Assembly: GCA_951406725.2 (NCBI GenBank)
Contig: OX597837.1
Span: 41,478,001-41,542,000 of the forward strand
DNA length: 64,000 bases
Direction: 5' to 3'
Source: Octopus vulgaris
Lineage: Eukaryota
A program made the position numbers and the translations under genes. The notes beneath the pieces are model-generated. The model searched no databases. It saw only the letters and a program-made list of their open reading frames with translations, and was not told the origin of the DNA. Positions 25,584 through 41,067 of the stretch are shown here, in pieces (position 1 is the first letter of the stretch; each line of letters begins with the position of its first letter).

Positions 25584-25654
25584 TGCATCGGCTGGGAATC
25601 GAACCCGAGCCGCCCGCGTGGCAGGCGAGCATTCTACCACTGAACCACCGATGC
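25584..25654 (-). tRNA. trnG-GCC: tRNA-Gly(GCC), probably a retrocopy or pseudogene
   Basis: GCATCGG TG GTTC AGTGGTA GAAT G CTCGC CTGCCAC GCGGG CGGC TCGGG TTCGATT CCCAG CCGATGC A; full cloverleaf, but the T stem has a U-G wobble and a C-A mismatch. Confidence 0.9.
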
Positions 25655-26317
25655 TCACGTTTGGATATATTTATTGTGAAAAAACAGCCTATATTTCTTT
25701 CTCCAACGCTTAACATAAATCAACTTGTTTCCAGCCACTGAAATATTCTCTCACAGAGAACACTATTACAAACCGACACAAGTGAAAATGTGACAAACAG
25801 AATAGGAATTTTTAAAGAAGTATCTATAAAACTAGTTTTCAAACGTCAAATAGCTACAGGGGTTCACCTGAATAAAATGGTAATCAAAGGGCGCCACAGG
25901 TAAAAAAACAAAATGGTTGAAAAACACTATATTAGATATTCACGGGGACTTTTATTCACAAGTTTGTCGAACGAGTAGGGGTGGGACAGCGATACACTAT
26001 GATTAAATGACAGTAAAACCTGAAGAGCGATTAAAGTCAAATAAATTCACATCGTAATGCTATGAGTAAGGCGTCCAAGGTCGAAATAAGGTCTATAAAG
26101 AAATATCAGCTATAGATCTATAAAGCGAGTAAAATAAATTGTTTATTAGAAAACCGTACTGCATCGCTTCCATAATTCATATAGTTTGGACACCCAGAAC
26201 ACGGTCCGAACATTTAAATGACATGGATGCATGCGTGTGTGTGTGTACGTACGTATGTACGCATGTATGCATGTATACATATATATATAGAGAGAGAGAG
26301 ATAGATAGATAGATAAA

Positions 26318-26357
<40 letters not shown>

Positions 26358-26373
26358 TAGATAGATAGATAGA

Positions 26374-26561
26374 TATTTCTTTACTACCCACAAGGGGCAA
26401 AACACAGAGGGGACAAACAAGAGCAGACAAACGGATTAAGTCGATTACATCGACCCCAGTGCGTAACTGGTACTTAATTTATCGACCCCGAAAGGATGAA
26501 AGGCAAAGTCGACCTCGGCGGAATTTGAACTCAGAACGTAACGGCAGGCGAAATACGGCTA
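26374..26561 (-). mobile_element. SINE family B body
   Basis: Meta-like core and AAAGAAAT tail. Confidence 0.85.
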
Positions 26562-26740
26562 TAGATATATATATCTATATCTATCTATATATATACATGT
26601 ATGTATAGCTGTTTGCGCTGAAGAGTGAGTTCAATACTTCACAACACTTTATCTATTCCAAACAAATTCAGGCCCTGGTGCTTCTTGGACTCCCGGGGCA
26701 TTTGCACGGATTTACCGAGTTCAGGAATTAGTTACCTGTT

Positions 26741-26847
<107 letters not shown>

Positions 26848-27163
26848 GGATGGATGGATGGATAGAATTTTCAGCAAATACAAGCATATGAGCAAATTTC
26901 TTTCGGCTAACTGCAGGACAGTAACCTCTCCGGATTTAGCAGATGTCTCGCAAAAATTGGGACCCTATCTGTTGAATTATTCTACAACACTTAATTAGTT
27001 CTGGCTTCACGGTCAAATGGAGCCTACCTTTTGGCTTTTCTCTCACAATATGCTCAGAGCTACAAAACCGCTTGAAGACACAGGGCGTGTTATAAAAACC
27101 AGCCTAAAGCCGCGACTGCAAAACAAGAAACTACTAGTGGCACGGATCTTTATAATATATACA

Positions 27164-27228
<65 letters not shown>

Positions 27229-27376
27229 CACGTGCTGGGCCAATCTGAGGAAGTGCAACTCCAGCCTATACAACTATGTATTAATTCTTAGAGAAATTGT
27301 GTATTTAGATATTTTTTCTTTTTTTTTTTGTTTCATCTGTCTGGATGTTTTGCGTTCTTGCCCCATTTTTGTATTT

Positions 27377-27442
<66 letters not shown>

Positions 27443-27527
27443 TTTGTATGTGTGTGTGTTCTAGTCATTAACGAGATAAGCTTGTTAATTAATAAATACC
27501 TATTATTAATGATTAATTAAGGAAACG

Positions 27528-27725
27528 AGGCGAGCTGGCAGAAACGTTAGCACACTGGGGGAAATGCTTAGCAGTATTCCGTCCGTCTTTATGTTCTGAT
27601 TTCGAATTCCACCAAGGTCGACTTTACTTTTCATCCTTTCGGGGTCAATAAAATGAGTACCAGTTGAGCATTGGGGTTAATGTTATCGACTCATCCCCAT
27701 CCTCAACATTTCTGGCCATGTGCTT
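27528..27725 (+). mobile_element. SINE family B variant with an alternative tail
   Basis: GGCGAGCTGGCAGAAACGTTAGC head and Meta-like core; tail resembles 59118-59305. Confidence 0.75.
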
Positions 27726-27842
27726 CCCTGAGATGCGAACGCACAAACCGAGAGTCGGCGTTGCAAGGTGCATGACCACTCACAACAAAGACAACACACA
27801 GTTTCGGTGAGATTTTGACCCGAGCGAAATATAATCAAACAC

Positions 27843-29017
<1,175 letters not shown>

Positions 29018-29782
29018 AAATATATACATATGTATACATATATATATATATATATATACCCATATATATATATTATATATACATATATATACTTGATGCA
29101 CACATATATATGCTAAATATATATATATATATATATATGCTCAAATAAGCTTGCGCTTTCCCCTGCTGGTGAAAAATAAAAGATCTGATTGATTACCTCT
29201 CTAACAAACATGTAGAAATAATTACCTTTTACTATTTGCTAACCTGTTACAAGTCTTGTTAAATCCTCTGTTTTTTTATATTTTATTACGGTTTCTCCAA
29301 CGTGTTAACAAACTTTATTACGGTGTTAATTTTTTCGTGAGAGAAAGGAATGGGAAAAACATGAAAATATAAATAAAAGAAAATTAGATATAAAAAAAGA
29401 AGGTAAATTGTAAAATATAAAATATAAAGAATGGAGTATTGAAAAAACAAGACGGTGAGACAAAATGGGCGACTGCTGAACTGTAACAAAGAATTTTATG
29501 GAGAAACTTAAAAAAGATCGCAAATATTTAACGAAATTTTAATGAACGCGTAATAGTAACAGTATACGGACACATAAAACGAGTATGAACATATATGAGT
29601 GCGCGTGTGTGTGTGTGTGTGCGTGTGTGTGTGTGTAGGGGTGTTGTGTGTGTGTGTTGGTCGAAGAATGTATTTTTATTAGCAGAAACGTACGTGTATA
29701 CACAAGAACAATAAATATGTGCACACATACGATGACTAGTTTACACAAGCGTATACAAATACACACATACACACGCATACAT

Positions 29783-29844
<62 letters not shown>

Positions 29845-29934
29845 ACGTGTATGTATGTATATATATATATATCTATATATAGAGAGAGAGAGAAAAAAAG
29901 GAAGATGGAGATAGATATATATAGAGAGATAGAC

Positions 29935-29983
<49 letters not shown>

Positions 29984-30078
29984 CACAGACTGATATAGAT
30001 ATATAGATATATGTACATACGCACACACACATATCTATATATCTACAAATGTGTGTGTATGCTTATTATATATATATA

Positions 30079-30143
<65 letters not shown>

Positions 30144-30259
30144 GTATGTATATATATATATTTACACATATATATATATATATCAATACATACATACAAA
30201 CATATTGTATGTACATAAGCACAAATAAATATACATATGTATACACACACACACGAATA

Positions 30260-30303
<44 letters not shown>

Positions 30304-31025
30304 TTCGTATTCACATACACACTTAACCTGCATGTTGGTGTATATGTCTGTGTCTCTCTCTATATATATATATTTATGTGCGTGAGAGAGTTTATATGTG
30401 TGTCCGTGTGCATTTGCGAGTGGTGTGTTTTTGTGCTTGTGAACGTGCATGTGAGTAAAATTAGTTACGACACATTCTACCAAGCACTGGCTACACACTT
30501 GCACGTATCCACATATATATAAATTACTAATAGAAAATGAGCAACCCAGAACTAGTTAGATTAATTCGTTAAAACGTAAGATTTGGAAAAAAAAATTTTC
30601 TTTTAAACAGTTCCACAATGTTTTAAAAATTACAATAAAACAACGAAAAGGTGCGAATTACTGTAATCAAGGAAACAGGTGAAATATTTAACCTGGGAAA
30701 GAAATGTTTTTATACGAGAAGATATGGAAAAAAAAATGACGTGGATAGATAATTAGATACACATACACACACACACAGGTACGTGTGTATACACACATGC
30801 ACACACACAGAGAGATATATATTTCAATCTATATGTATATTTGTGCGTGCTTCTGTGTGTGCGTGTGTAAGTGGGTGTATCCTTCACCCACGAAACTTTG
30901 AGTAATGTGGATCTGAGTCAAAATGTTCTTAATTACGTATCCGTACATGCATATACATTTATATACAATGAAGTATTTACGGGTATGTGTACATGTGTAT
31001 CTATACATATGTAAATATATGTATG

Positions 31026-31182
<157 letters not shown>

Positions 31183-31337
31183 ACGAGTAATGTGTGCGTA
31201 GGTTAGTGAGTATATGCACGTTTAACGAGCATATACACATATGTGATAGCTCGGATATATATATGTGTGTGTGTGTGTGTATGTGTGCACGCGCGCGTGT
31301 GTGTGTGCATATATTCATCCATTACATCCATGCATGC

Positions 31338-31368
<31 letters not shown>

Positions 31369-31716
31369 CATATATTTATATGTTTATATATATATATTTA
31401 TATGTTTATATATATATATATACATACATACATACATACATACATACATACATACATACATACATACATACATACATACATACATACATACATACATACA
31501 TACATACATGCTCACATAGACATACATATATTCATATACATAGGCATGCTATTCCACTTGTGCTAACTCTCACTGGCGTATGGCAAGGTAAACAGAAACG
31601 AAAAATTGTTTGAAAATATTATAAAACCACAGCAGATCGTTTTTATTATCTACATGCGATCTTCCTGTTTCAGATACCCGTCTCCACATACATACATCCG
31701 CATATATGCACATATC

Positions 31717-31790
<74 letters not shown>

Positions 31791-31822
31791 CAGAAATTAC
31801 AGAAAACCGTAAAAACCTTACC

Positions 31823-31893
<71 letters not shown>

Positions 31894-32180
31894 AACGCAC
31901 ACGTGCACGCATACGTATATATACCAAAACATACTTATACATTTATTTATACATGTACACACGCATATAAAAAACATGTAATGGTGCACATATACGCACA
32001 TATACGCACATATACGCACACACATACATACACACACACACATATATATATATATATACACAGACATACACGCACTCACACATGCACACAAACACGCACA
32101 CACTCATGGATATACACACGCCAGCACGCACACACTCATGAATATACACACACAGGCACACGCATACACACACATACATG

Positions 32181-32229
<49 letters not shown>

Positions 32230-32248
32230 CATATACATATATTGGATA

Positions 32249-32326
<78 letters not shown>

Positions 32327-32380
32327 TACACACACATACACGCATGTGCAGATATGCGCAGAGTAAAGACCTAGGCATAT

Positions 32381-32411
<31 letters not shown>

Positions 32412-32897
32412 CACACATACACAAACACACACATACGCACATACTTATATCACGCACATACACATAAATTAAACACACAACTACCTACGCACATACGCAT
32501 TCACTTAAAACTCACAGACACAGACATACACACAGATGCAGTCATATACAAATGCACACACACAAGATAAATACTCTTATCACACACACACACACACAAA
32601 CGCACACACACACATACACAAACGCACACACACAAAATGCATTCTTACAAAGACGTATACACACATTGACTTAACATATATACACGTAAACACAAAACAG
32701 GTGCTTGTATACATATAACAACGAAATAAGTTGTTATATACATATATAGGCATCCGCTGATTTTTAAAAAGATACACCGAAATAGCCCCACACATTTACA
32801 AAACACAGATTCACACACAGACACACATACAGACACATAGACACACATAGAAAAATATATACACACATACAGTTAAAAACATTGTTATTTAGATACG

Positions 32898-32994
<97 letters not shown>

Positions 32995-33490
32995 GCATAC
33001 TTACATGCATACATGCATACATGCATACCTATATACATACCTACCTACATACATACATACATACATACATACATACATACATACATAGACAGACAGACAT
33101 ACAAACATACATACATACATACATACATACATACAGATAGATAGATAGATAGATAGATAGATAAGTAGATGGATAGAGAGAGAGGGGTTGAGAGAGAGAG
33201 ATGGATGGATAGATAGATAGATCCTCATATATCTAAACACACGCAGTTTGTCAAAAATCACATCCCTTCACATACTCGCATACACATCCAGGCAAACGAA
33301 GCTCGACATGCTAAAAGTAGCACCCAAATCCCTCTCAAGTCGCTCATTTTAAATATAATAAGCATACTGGACAATATAGTAGTCACTTATAACAGACGAG
33401 ATGGCCACGGCTCAGCTGCTTATGACCAGTGGTCTCCACGCTGGAGAATGATCTAGTGATAGATTATATTGCACGTGCACAAGTGTGAGG

Positions 33491-33533
<43 letters not shown>

Positions 33534-33819
33534 CGTCTGTGTGTATGTGTGGACGTATGTATATGGAGAGAAAGGGGGATATGTTGACAGATATATATAT
33601 ATTCATATATACATATATGAAAAATGGACAGTATATATATATATACATATATGTGTGTGTGTGTATGAATATACATACATATATATGCATATATATATGT
33701 GTGTGTGTGTATGTATAGGCATATATATGTATGTATTATATGTATATATATATATATGAATATATATACACACATATATATATGCATATATATACGCATA
33801 TGCATAGAGGTATGTATGC

Positions 33820-33873
<54 letters not shown>

Positions 33874-34149
33874 GTGTGTAGTATGTATATATGTATATAT
33901 ATAATATATTATATATATTACACGCAGACACACCCATATTTATGTGTGTGTGTGTGTGTGTGCGTGTGTGAATTTATATTTGTGTATGTGTGCGTGCGTA
34001 GTGCAAGATGAAGAGAACGCCATGCGGTTTCGATTCCCACTTCTGCCAAAACTCTTTTCTCACTAAGACTGAAAGTGGCAAACTTCAAACAAACTACCTT
34101 TCTCATACATACAAACACATATACATACATATATATTGTTCTTATCTAT

Positions 34150-34495
34150 TTTGAGGAAGAGTAAACTGATGGATTCGATCCCAGTACTCAACTGGTATTT
34201 ATTTTATCGACCTTGAGAAGATAAAAGGCAATGTTGACCTCGGCAGAATTTGAACACAGAATGTTAAGAGAGACGAAATACTGCTAAGCTTATTTCCTCG
34301 GCCTTCTAACGGTTCAGCCAACTCAACACCTTACGGTAAAATAATATTCTTTTCTACTCTAGGTACAGGGCCCGAAATCTTTGAGGAGGCGGGGTCAGTC
34401 AGTTAGATCGGCCCCAGTACGCAACTGGTACTTAATTTATCGACCTCGAAAGGATAAAAGGTAAAGTCGATCTCGGCAGAATTTGAACTGAGAAT
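34150..34495 (-). mobile_element. Two diverged SINE family B copies
   Basis: CTGGTA.TT.ATTT.ATCGACCT.GA.A.GATAAAAGG.AA.GT.GA.CTCGGCAGAATTTGAAC twice. Confidence 0.75.
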
Positions 34496-34823
34496 AAGGT
34501 ATTTTATTTGAGGTTTATTGAGACTGCCATTTATTGGTCCTTAAAAATCTAGAATTGTTTAGGAGAGCGTTTGATTCGATCCAAGAAACTATGGATTTGT
34601 ATCCAACACGCTAGCGAGCCAAACTGTTGAATTTGCACTTAAAAGACAATAAAAATAGACTTTGATGTACCTACACATATGTATACGTATACACATACGC
34701 GCCTATGTATACATATAAATAGATATGTGTGTGTTTATGTACATACATACGTCTGTGTGCGTGTGTTTGTGTGTGTGCGTGTGTGTGTATGTGCGTGTGT
34801 GTGAGTGTGCGTGTATAAGTACC

Positions 34824-34923
<100 letters not shown>

Positions 34924-34953
34924 GCATATAAATATGCATATATATATATATAC

Positions 34954-35027
<74 letters not shown>

Positions 35028-35044
35028 GTATATATATATATACG

Positions 35045-35078
<34 letters not shown>

Positions 35079-35625
35079 CATATATATGTATATCTATGCA
35101 TATATATGTATGTGTATATATACATATATATAGTGTAAAAACCACTTTATGGATATATATATATATAAATATATATATATACATATATACATATATCGTG
35201 TGTGTATGTGTATTAGGCGGGAGAATTATATGCATGAATGTGTATACACGCCGCAGGACAACTTTTATGTGTATGTGTATATAAGTACACTTTCTTGTAG
35301 GTATACATACATCAAAGCTTGTTATATATTTGCATATGAGTGGGTGTATATGTGTATTTTGTGAGTTCGTGACGACCATCCGTGTGTGCATGTGTGTGTG
35401 TGTATGAGTGTATGCTTCAGGATGTGTGTGCGCCGCGTGTGTGAATGTATGTATACATATATATAATATCTATATGTATGCATTAAGACCAGGAATAAAA
35501 GTTGCTGGTTACTGTGGGGCATTGATCTTTCTAATATTGCCTATAAAATTAGAACTGTACACACGTATTGAGTTCGGAATGCTAGCGTTCTTTGAGCTGT
35601 GTCCAGTGTACTAAGTACAATGTGC

Positions 35626-35691
<66 letters not shown>

Positions 35692-35788
35692 GTGTCTATG
35701 CACACACAGAAACATACGTATGTGTGTGTATATATATATATATATAAACACATAGACAGAGAAAAAGAGACTGAGTGATATAGATCTG

Positions 35789-35839
<51 letters not shown>

Positions 35840-35852
35840 TGATTGATTGATT

Positions 35853-35900
<48 letters not shown>

Positions 35901-36134
35901 TTATATATGCTGTAATGCAAATATGTGTGTGTATATGTAAGGTATATATATATATATACATATATATATATGCTTGTATGTATGTATATGTATATATATA
36001 TATATATATGCTTATATATATATATGCTTGTATGTATGTGTGTATATATCGCACATTGATACTAATAACCTGGTGCTAGACCTCGATATACATATTTCTT
36101 CATATATACTTACATACATGTATGTAAGTATACT

Positions 36135-36190
<56 letters not shown>

Positions 36191-36260
36191 TATAGATAGA
36201 TATAGATATACACATAATGTATGTCTGTATAATATAAATATACATATATATATATTGCAT

Positions 36261-36317
<57 letters not shown>

Positions 36318-36319
<2 letters not shown>

Positions 36320-36470
36320 TCTTTTACTCTTTTACTTGTTTCAGTCATTTGACTGTGGCCATGCTGGAGCACCGCCTTCAGTCGAGCAAATCGACCCCAG
36401 GACTTATTCTTTGTAAGTCCAGTACTTATTCTATCGGTCTCTTTTGCCGAACCGCTAAGTGACGGGGACG
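36318..36470 (-). mobile_element. SINE family A 3' part
   Basis: Tail and body motifs. Confidence 0.85.
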
Positions 36471-36488
36471 TATATATATATATATATA

Positions 36489-36697
36489 AAGTTAATCCAA
36501 ACAAGAAAACACAGAAAAAAACAGCAACGCAGGACGTGTGGAACAATTAAAGTATTATTTGACGCTCAGGAAAGAAGGGAAGGGGGTTTAACGTTTCGGG
36601 CGGAGCTCTTCGTCGGAAACAAGGAGAAGGAAAGATCCCAAGAAGGGAAGACAGAGGAAAAAAATATTTTTGCTGGTGGTGCTCAAGAGATCACATG
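36489..36697 (-). mobile_element. PLE-like terminal fragment with minimal HHR (36586-36620)
   Basis: Minus strand GTTT-CCGACGA-A-GAGC TCC GCCC-GAAA-CG-TT-AAAC; (TA)n on both sides. Confidence 0.65.
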
Positions 36698-36777
36698 TAT
36701 ATATATATATGTATATATATGTATATATATCACATGTATATATATATATATATATGTATATATATACATATATATTT

Positions 36778-36837
<60 letters not shown>

Positions 36838-37275
36838 ATACATAAATATATATATCTTGTATGTGTGTGTGTGATAGCATATGAAATGCACAAAGCACGT
36901 AAATCGTTTAGGAGAGTCGTTAAAGCATCGGATATTACGATCTGCGATATTCAGTCTGGCTTTCTTTGGGTTCAAATCGTATCGATGTGAGCTTTATTTT
37001 CTTTCTTTGCACACACACCCACAACCCCACTGGTTGGTCATAAAGAGCCAACAGTCTTTCTCACCGTCCTTCTATCAGACACTGAATGTTCCACTGGATT
37101 AAAACAAGTGCTGTGTAGGAGGCGAGGTTGGTCGCAATAACACGATTAATGCAACCAAGATGGCGCATGATGACAATCATCGTTGACCGCAAGAATATTC
37201 TCTTTCTCCCTTCCTCTATGTTATCATCTTATCGATATATATACAATTCTCATTTTCCATATTGTTTCCCAGTTT

Positions 37276-37331
37276 GTCTCCGATGACGGAATATCCCATA
37301 CTTGAGGATATCCTAGAAACAGCTGTAAGAT
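37276..37331 (+). ncRNA. Minimal type I hammerhead (U4->C variant)
   Basis: GTCT-CCGATGA-CGGAATATCC..GGATATCCTA-GAAA-CAGCTG-TA-AGAT; palindromic helix III ACAGCTGT. Confidence 0.7.
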
Positions 37332-37416
37332 TTGGAATTTCTCCCTGTAATAATATTGCACGTGACATGAGAATTTTTCGTTGCCTTAATGTTTGACGTC
37401 CTGTTGAATAATTATA

Positions 37417-37468
<52 letters not shown>

Positions 37469-37474
37469 TGTGTC

Positions 37475-37650
37475 GAGGCGCAATGGCCCAGTGGTTAAGG
37501 CAGCGGACACCGGGCGTTGTGTGTCTTTATTGAGCGAAAACACCTAAAAGCTCCACGTAGTTACGCTGCGATTGACTGGTGTCTCGTCCAGCTGGGAGGG
37601 AACACATACACCACCAAAACCGGGCCCTTGAGCGTGGCTAGGCTTGAAAA
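37475..37650 (+). mobile_element. SINE family C (H1 plus T2), internally deleted
   Basis: GGCGCAATGGCCCAGTGGTTAAGG head; CTGCGATTGACTGGTGTCTCGTCCAG tail. Confidence 0.7.
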
Positions 37651-37664
37651 CGGCGACGTTTATC

Positions 37665-37709
<45 letters not shown>

Positions 37710-37784
37710 GTATATATGTATATGTATATGTATATATGTATATGTATATTTATATATATATGTATGTGTATATTTATATATATA

Positions 37785-37988
37785 CACTGTTGTGTCTGGG
37801 GAAAGTCATTCTCTTTTAGTTCCTTATAATTAAACAAACACGCACAGACAAACTGCCGTTTATATATAGAGAGATATATATGTATATGTATATATGTATA
37901 TGTATATTTATATGTATGTGTATATTTATATATATACACTGTTGTGTCTGGGGAAAGTCATTCTCTTTTAGTTCCTTATAATTAAACA
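37785..37988. repeat. 52 bp direct repeat (37785-37836, 37937-37988)
   Basis: CACTGTTGTGTCTGGGGAAAGTCATTCTCTTTTAGTTCCTTATAATTAAACA twice. Confidence 0.85.
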
Positions 37989-38326
37989 CACTCACCGGTA
38001 AAATTTTTCCACTTATTTATTTTTTATTTTTTTTATTTTTCACTCAAAACTATTAAAGTGGTTACAAGACGCAATGAAAGTTTTAGAAACTGCCGGAGCT
38101 GTACAATTACAAAACTCAAATACATACTATATCCCAAAAGGACACACGTGCATCCCGAGTTCCATCGTCATACACCATGAATTCAATTCAATTCAAATGT
38201 CTTCAAACAACGCGCTTGGTCAGAATAAACCAGCAGTGAATAAAAATTCAGCAGTGAATTTCCTGACTCAAGAACTAAAATAATTAAATATAATCGTATT
38301 AATTGTAAAAAATTATTGAAAATTAA

Positions 38327-38578
38327 AATTTATACCAGCATGCATAAAAAAATTGACCGTACACCGTAAATTTACGTTTATGTGTATAACCATGGGTAAT
38401 TATACACTAAGAGGAAAAACCACAAAGGGGTTTGAAGATCTGACATCTTTCAGCAAGCAAGGAAGCCACTTAGTGGCTGTTCCCCTTAGTGCATAATTAC
38501 CTATGGTTATACACATGTGTGTAAAAATAATTCAGTCTACGCACAATTTTTTATGCATGTCGGCCACTGGTATAAATT
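38327..38578. repeat. Degenerate foldback inverted repeat
   Basis: ATGTGTATAACCATGGGTAATTATACACTAAG / CTTAGTGCATAATTACCTATGGTTATACACAT, plus outer TGCATAAAAAA and ATACCAG pairs. Confidence 0.75.
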
Positions 38579-38592
38579 ATTATTATGTCATG

Positions 38593-38645
<53 letters not shown>

Positions 38646-38740
38646 GTTGTTGTTGTTGTTGTTGTTGCTGTTATTTTTATTGTATTTTTGTGTTTATATT
38701 CGTGTAACATCGTCTGTTTTTCCGTCCTTGTTTTCGTATA

Positions 38741-38883
38741 CATTCGATGCTTTTTTCCGAGGAATCTAATGCTCTTGGCTTAGTTTGTCCTTGGTGCTGG
38801 CCAGATTGGAGCAATCTCAAGATTAATTAGCCGAAATTGCGTGGATGATCCGGTTCTTGACTGAAGATAAAAGGTTTCGAATG
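38741..38883 (+). ncRNA. Non-circularly permuted hammerhead-like RNA
   Basis: GCAAT-C (38811-38816) with GAA-ATTGC (38833-38840); TCAAGA with TCTTGA directly before CTGAAGA (38861-38867); CATTCGA/TCGAATG closing helix. Confidence 0.7.
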
Positions 38884-38999
38884 ACCCGTCCTTGTTTTTT
38901 TTTTGTATCGTCTATCTGGGTGTTTTGTTGTCCCTTTTTGTATCACCTAGTTGTCCGGATGTTTTGCGTTCTTGTCCCATTTTGTATTATATTTTATAT

Positions 39000-39065
<66 letters not shown>

Positions 39066-39086
39066 AGCGGCGTACGTACACTTTGG

Positions 39087-39126
<40 letters not shown>

Positions 39127-40578
39127 ATGTATATGTAGGTGTAGATAGATAGGCAAACAGATAGATAAATAATAGATAGGTAGATACATACATACATGCA
39201 TGCATACATACATACATACATACATACATACATACATACATACATACATGCATACATAGACAGAGAGAGACAGAGACATACGCATATATGTAAATAAATA
39301 AGTATATAAATAAATAAATAAATAAATAAAAGGCGGTGCCACGGATGGAACGCTTTTGATCATAGATCGACTGGGGTCTATGATCAGCGGTATTAAACAA
39401 CACAAACGTGCATACCTGGGCGAACACTCACAGAGACACACACACGCACATTCGTGCACACACGCCCTGGTGCACGCAAACGGAAACAGACACAAATTAA
39501 GAAGCACATTTTCATGCTGTTACCATCACCACCACCATCACCATCGCAAAAACCATCCATCATGCATATCTATCTATTATGGGGTAATAGTGGTAGTGTT
39601 TGTGGTGACGTAATGAAGAAGATACCGAGACGTAGTGAGGCGGTGGTGGTGGTCGTGGTGGTCGTGGTCGTCGTGGTCGTGGTAGTGGTCGTGGTGATGG
39701 TGCTGGTGCAGGTGCTGGTAGTGGTGGTAGTTGTGGTGGTGGTGGTGGTGGTGGTGCTGGTGCTGGTATTGGTGGTAGTTGTGGTGGTGGTGGTGGTGGT
39801 GGAGGAGGTCGTCGTCGTCGTCGTGATGGTGCTGGTGCTGGTGCTGGTAGTGGTGGTAGTTGTGGTAGTGGTGGTGGTGGTGGTGGTGTGTGGTGGTGGT
39901 GGTGGTGGAATGTGGCGGTGGAACGTGGTAGTGGTGGTGGGATATGGTGGTGGGATTAGTAGTGGTGGTGGTGGTGGTGGTTTTGGTGGCGGTAGGGATT
40001 GAAGTGGTGATGGTTGTAGTAGAAAGTGGTGGTGGTGGTGGTGTACTTTAATATGAAGATTAAATATTTTTATATTTGGTTTGGAAGAAAGGGGAGAGGT
40101 GAGAGTGGATATGTTGAGTAAGAGCCGGAGGAGGAGGAGGCTTGGGTTACAGGAGAGAGGAGGGAGGGGAGCTAGAGAGAGCGTTCTACGGCGATAGGAT
40201 AGTGGGCGTCCAGAGGAGGAGGAAGAAGAAGAAGAAGAAGAAGAAGAAGAAGAAGAAGAAGAAGAAGAACAACAACAACAACAACAACAACAATAGCAAC
40301 AACAATAGCAACAACAAGAACAGGAACAAAAACAAGAAGAAGAAGAGAGGAGGAGGAGGAGGAGGAAGACCACGACGATAAGGATATTGATGAGTTTCAT
40401 TGTAATTAGTTAGACAGGCCTACACTCACAGACACACACATAAATATACATCTGTATATTTAAATATATTTGCATATACATATAAGCACACATATATACG
40501 TAGATACATAAATTCACAAACATACATGCACACGGGTGCATGTTCAACCAAAAATACAAATATTCTTATATTTCTGTG

Positions 40579-40637
<59 letters not shown>

Positions 40638-40937
40638 CTATCTGTCTATCTAACAATATATTTCTTTATATCATGTCCGTCTATGTGTGTGTGTGTTATG
40701 TGCATAATACATATTGACGCCGATTTATACACACATATACATAACCTGCTGCTTGTTTCTGTTTGCGCATCATCAGAGATTGTTTCTGTTAGCGCATCAC
40801 AAGGTTTGACAGAAATACATCCCACTTTTGTCTCGATGTATATTAGATAGCAATGCTAGTTAAGTGAAAACGGTGTCTCCATACAGCTAATGTTTTAGTT
40901 TTACGCTAATTTTATTATTCTGTTTTTTCTTCTTCAG

Positions 40938-40958
40938 ATACCATCATAGTTTGGATAG
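40938..40958 (+). other. Candidate 21-nt microexon
   Basis: Branch-like GCTAAT, pyrimidine tract TTTTTTCTTCTTCAG, exon ATACCATCATAGTTTGGATAG, donor GTATGT. Confidence 0.4.
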
Positions 40959-41067
40959 GTATGTACCGTCCGTTTGTTGATGAAACGCCCGTAAAGCCAT
41001 AAAACGTGGGAAAAGATTTTGCTCTTTTTTTTACCGTAACTTGTATTGACAAATCATTTATTTTTTA

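Larger units (their letters stand above)
25352..25929. mobile_element. hAT (Charlie-like) MITE
   Basis: TIRs CAGTGTTTCTCAACC / GGTTGAAAAACACTA (13/15 match); 8-bp flanks AATTAAAT / TATTAGAT. Confidence 0.6.

Noticed and set aside
26020-26095. CTGAAGA...GAAA..TC spacing
   Set aside because: Helices I and III do not pair.
26603-26650. CTGAAGA followed by a GTGAG/TTCAC stem
   Set aside because: No GAAA and no helix I or III.
27068-27146. TTGAAGA...GAAA-CTACTAG-TG hammerhead-like motif
   Set aside because: G at the cleavage position, poor helix I and an altered core.
34565-34625. tRNA-like remnant on the minus strand
   Set aside because: No complete cloverleaf; probably an eroded SINE head.
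38074-38283. 69 aa ORF weakly reminiscent of a PLE linker (YYIPKGHTC)
   Set aside because: No CxxC or GIY-YIG motif; the similarity is too weak to call.
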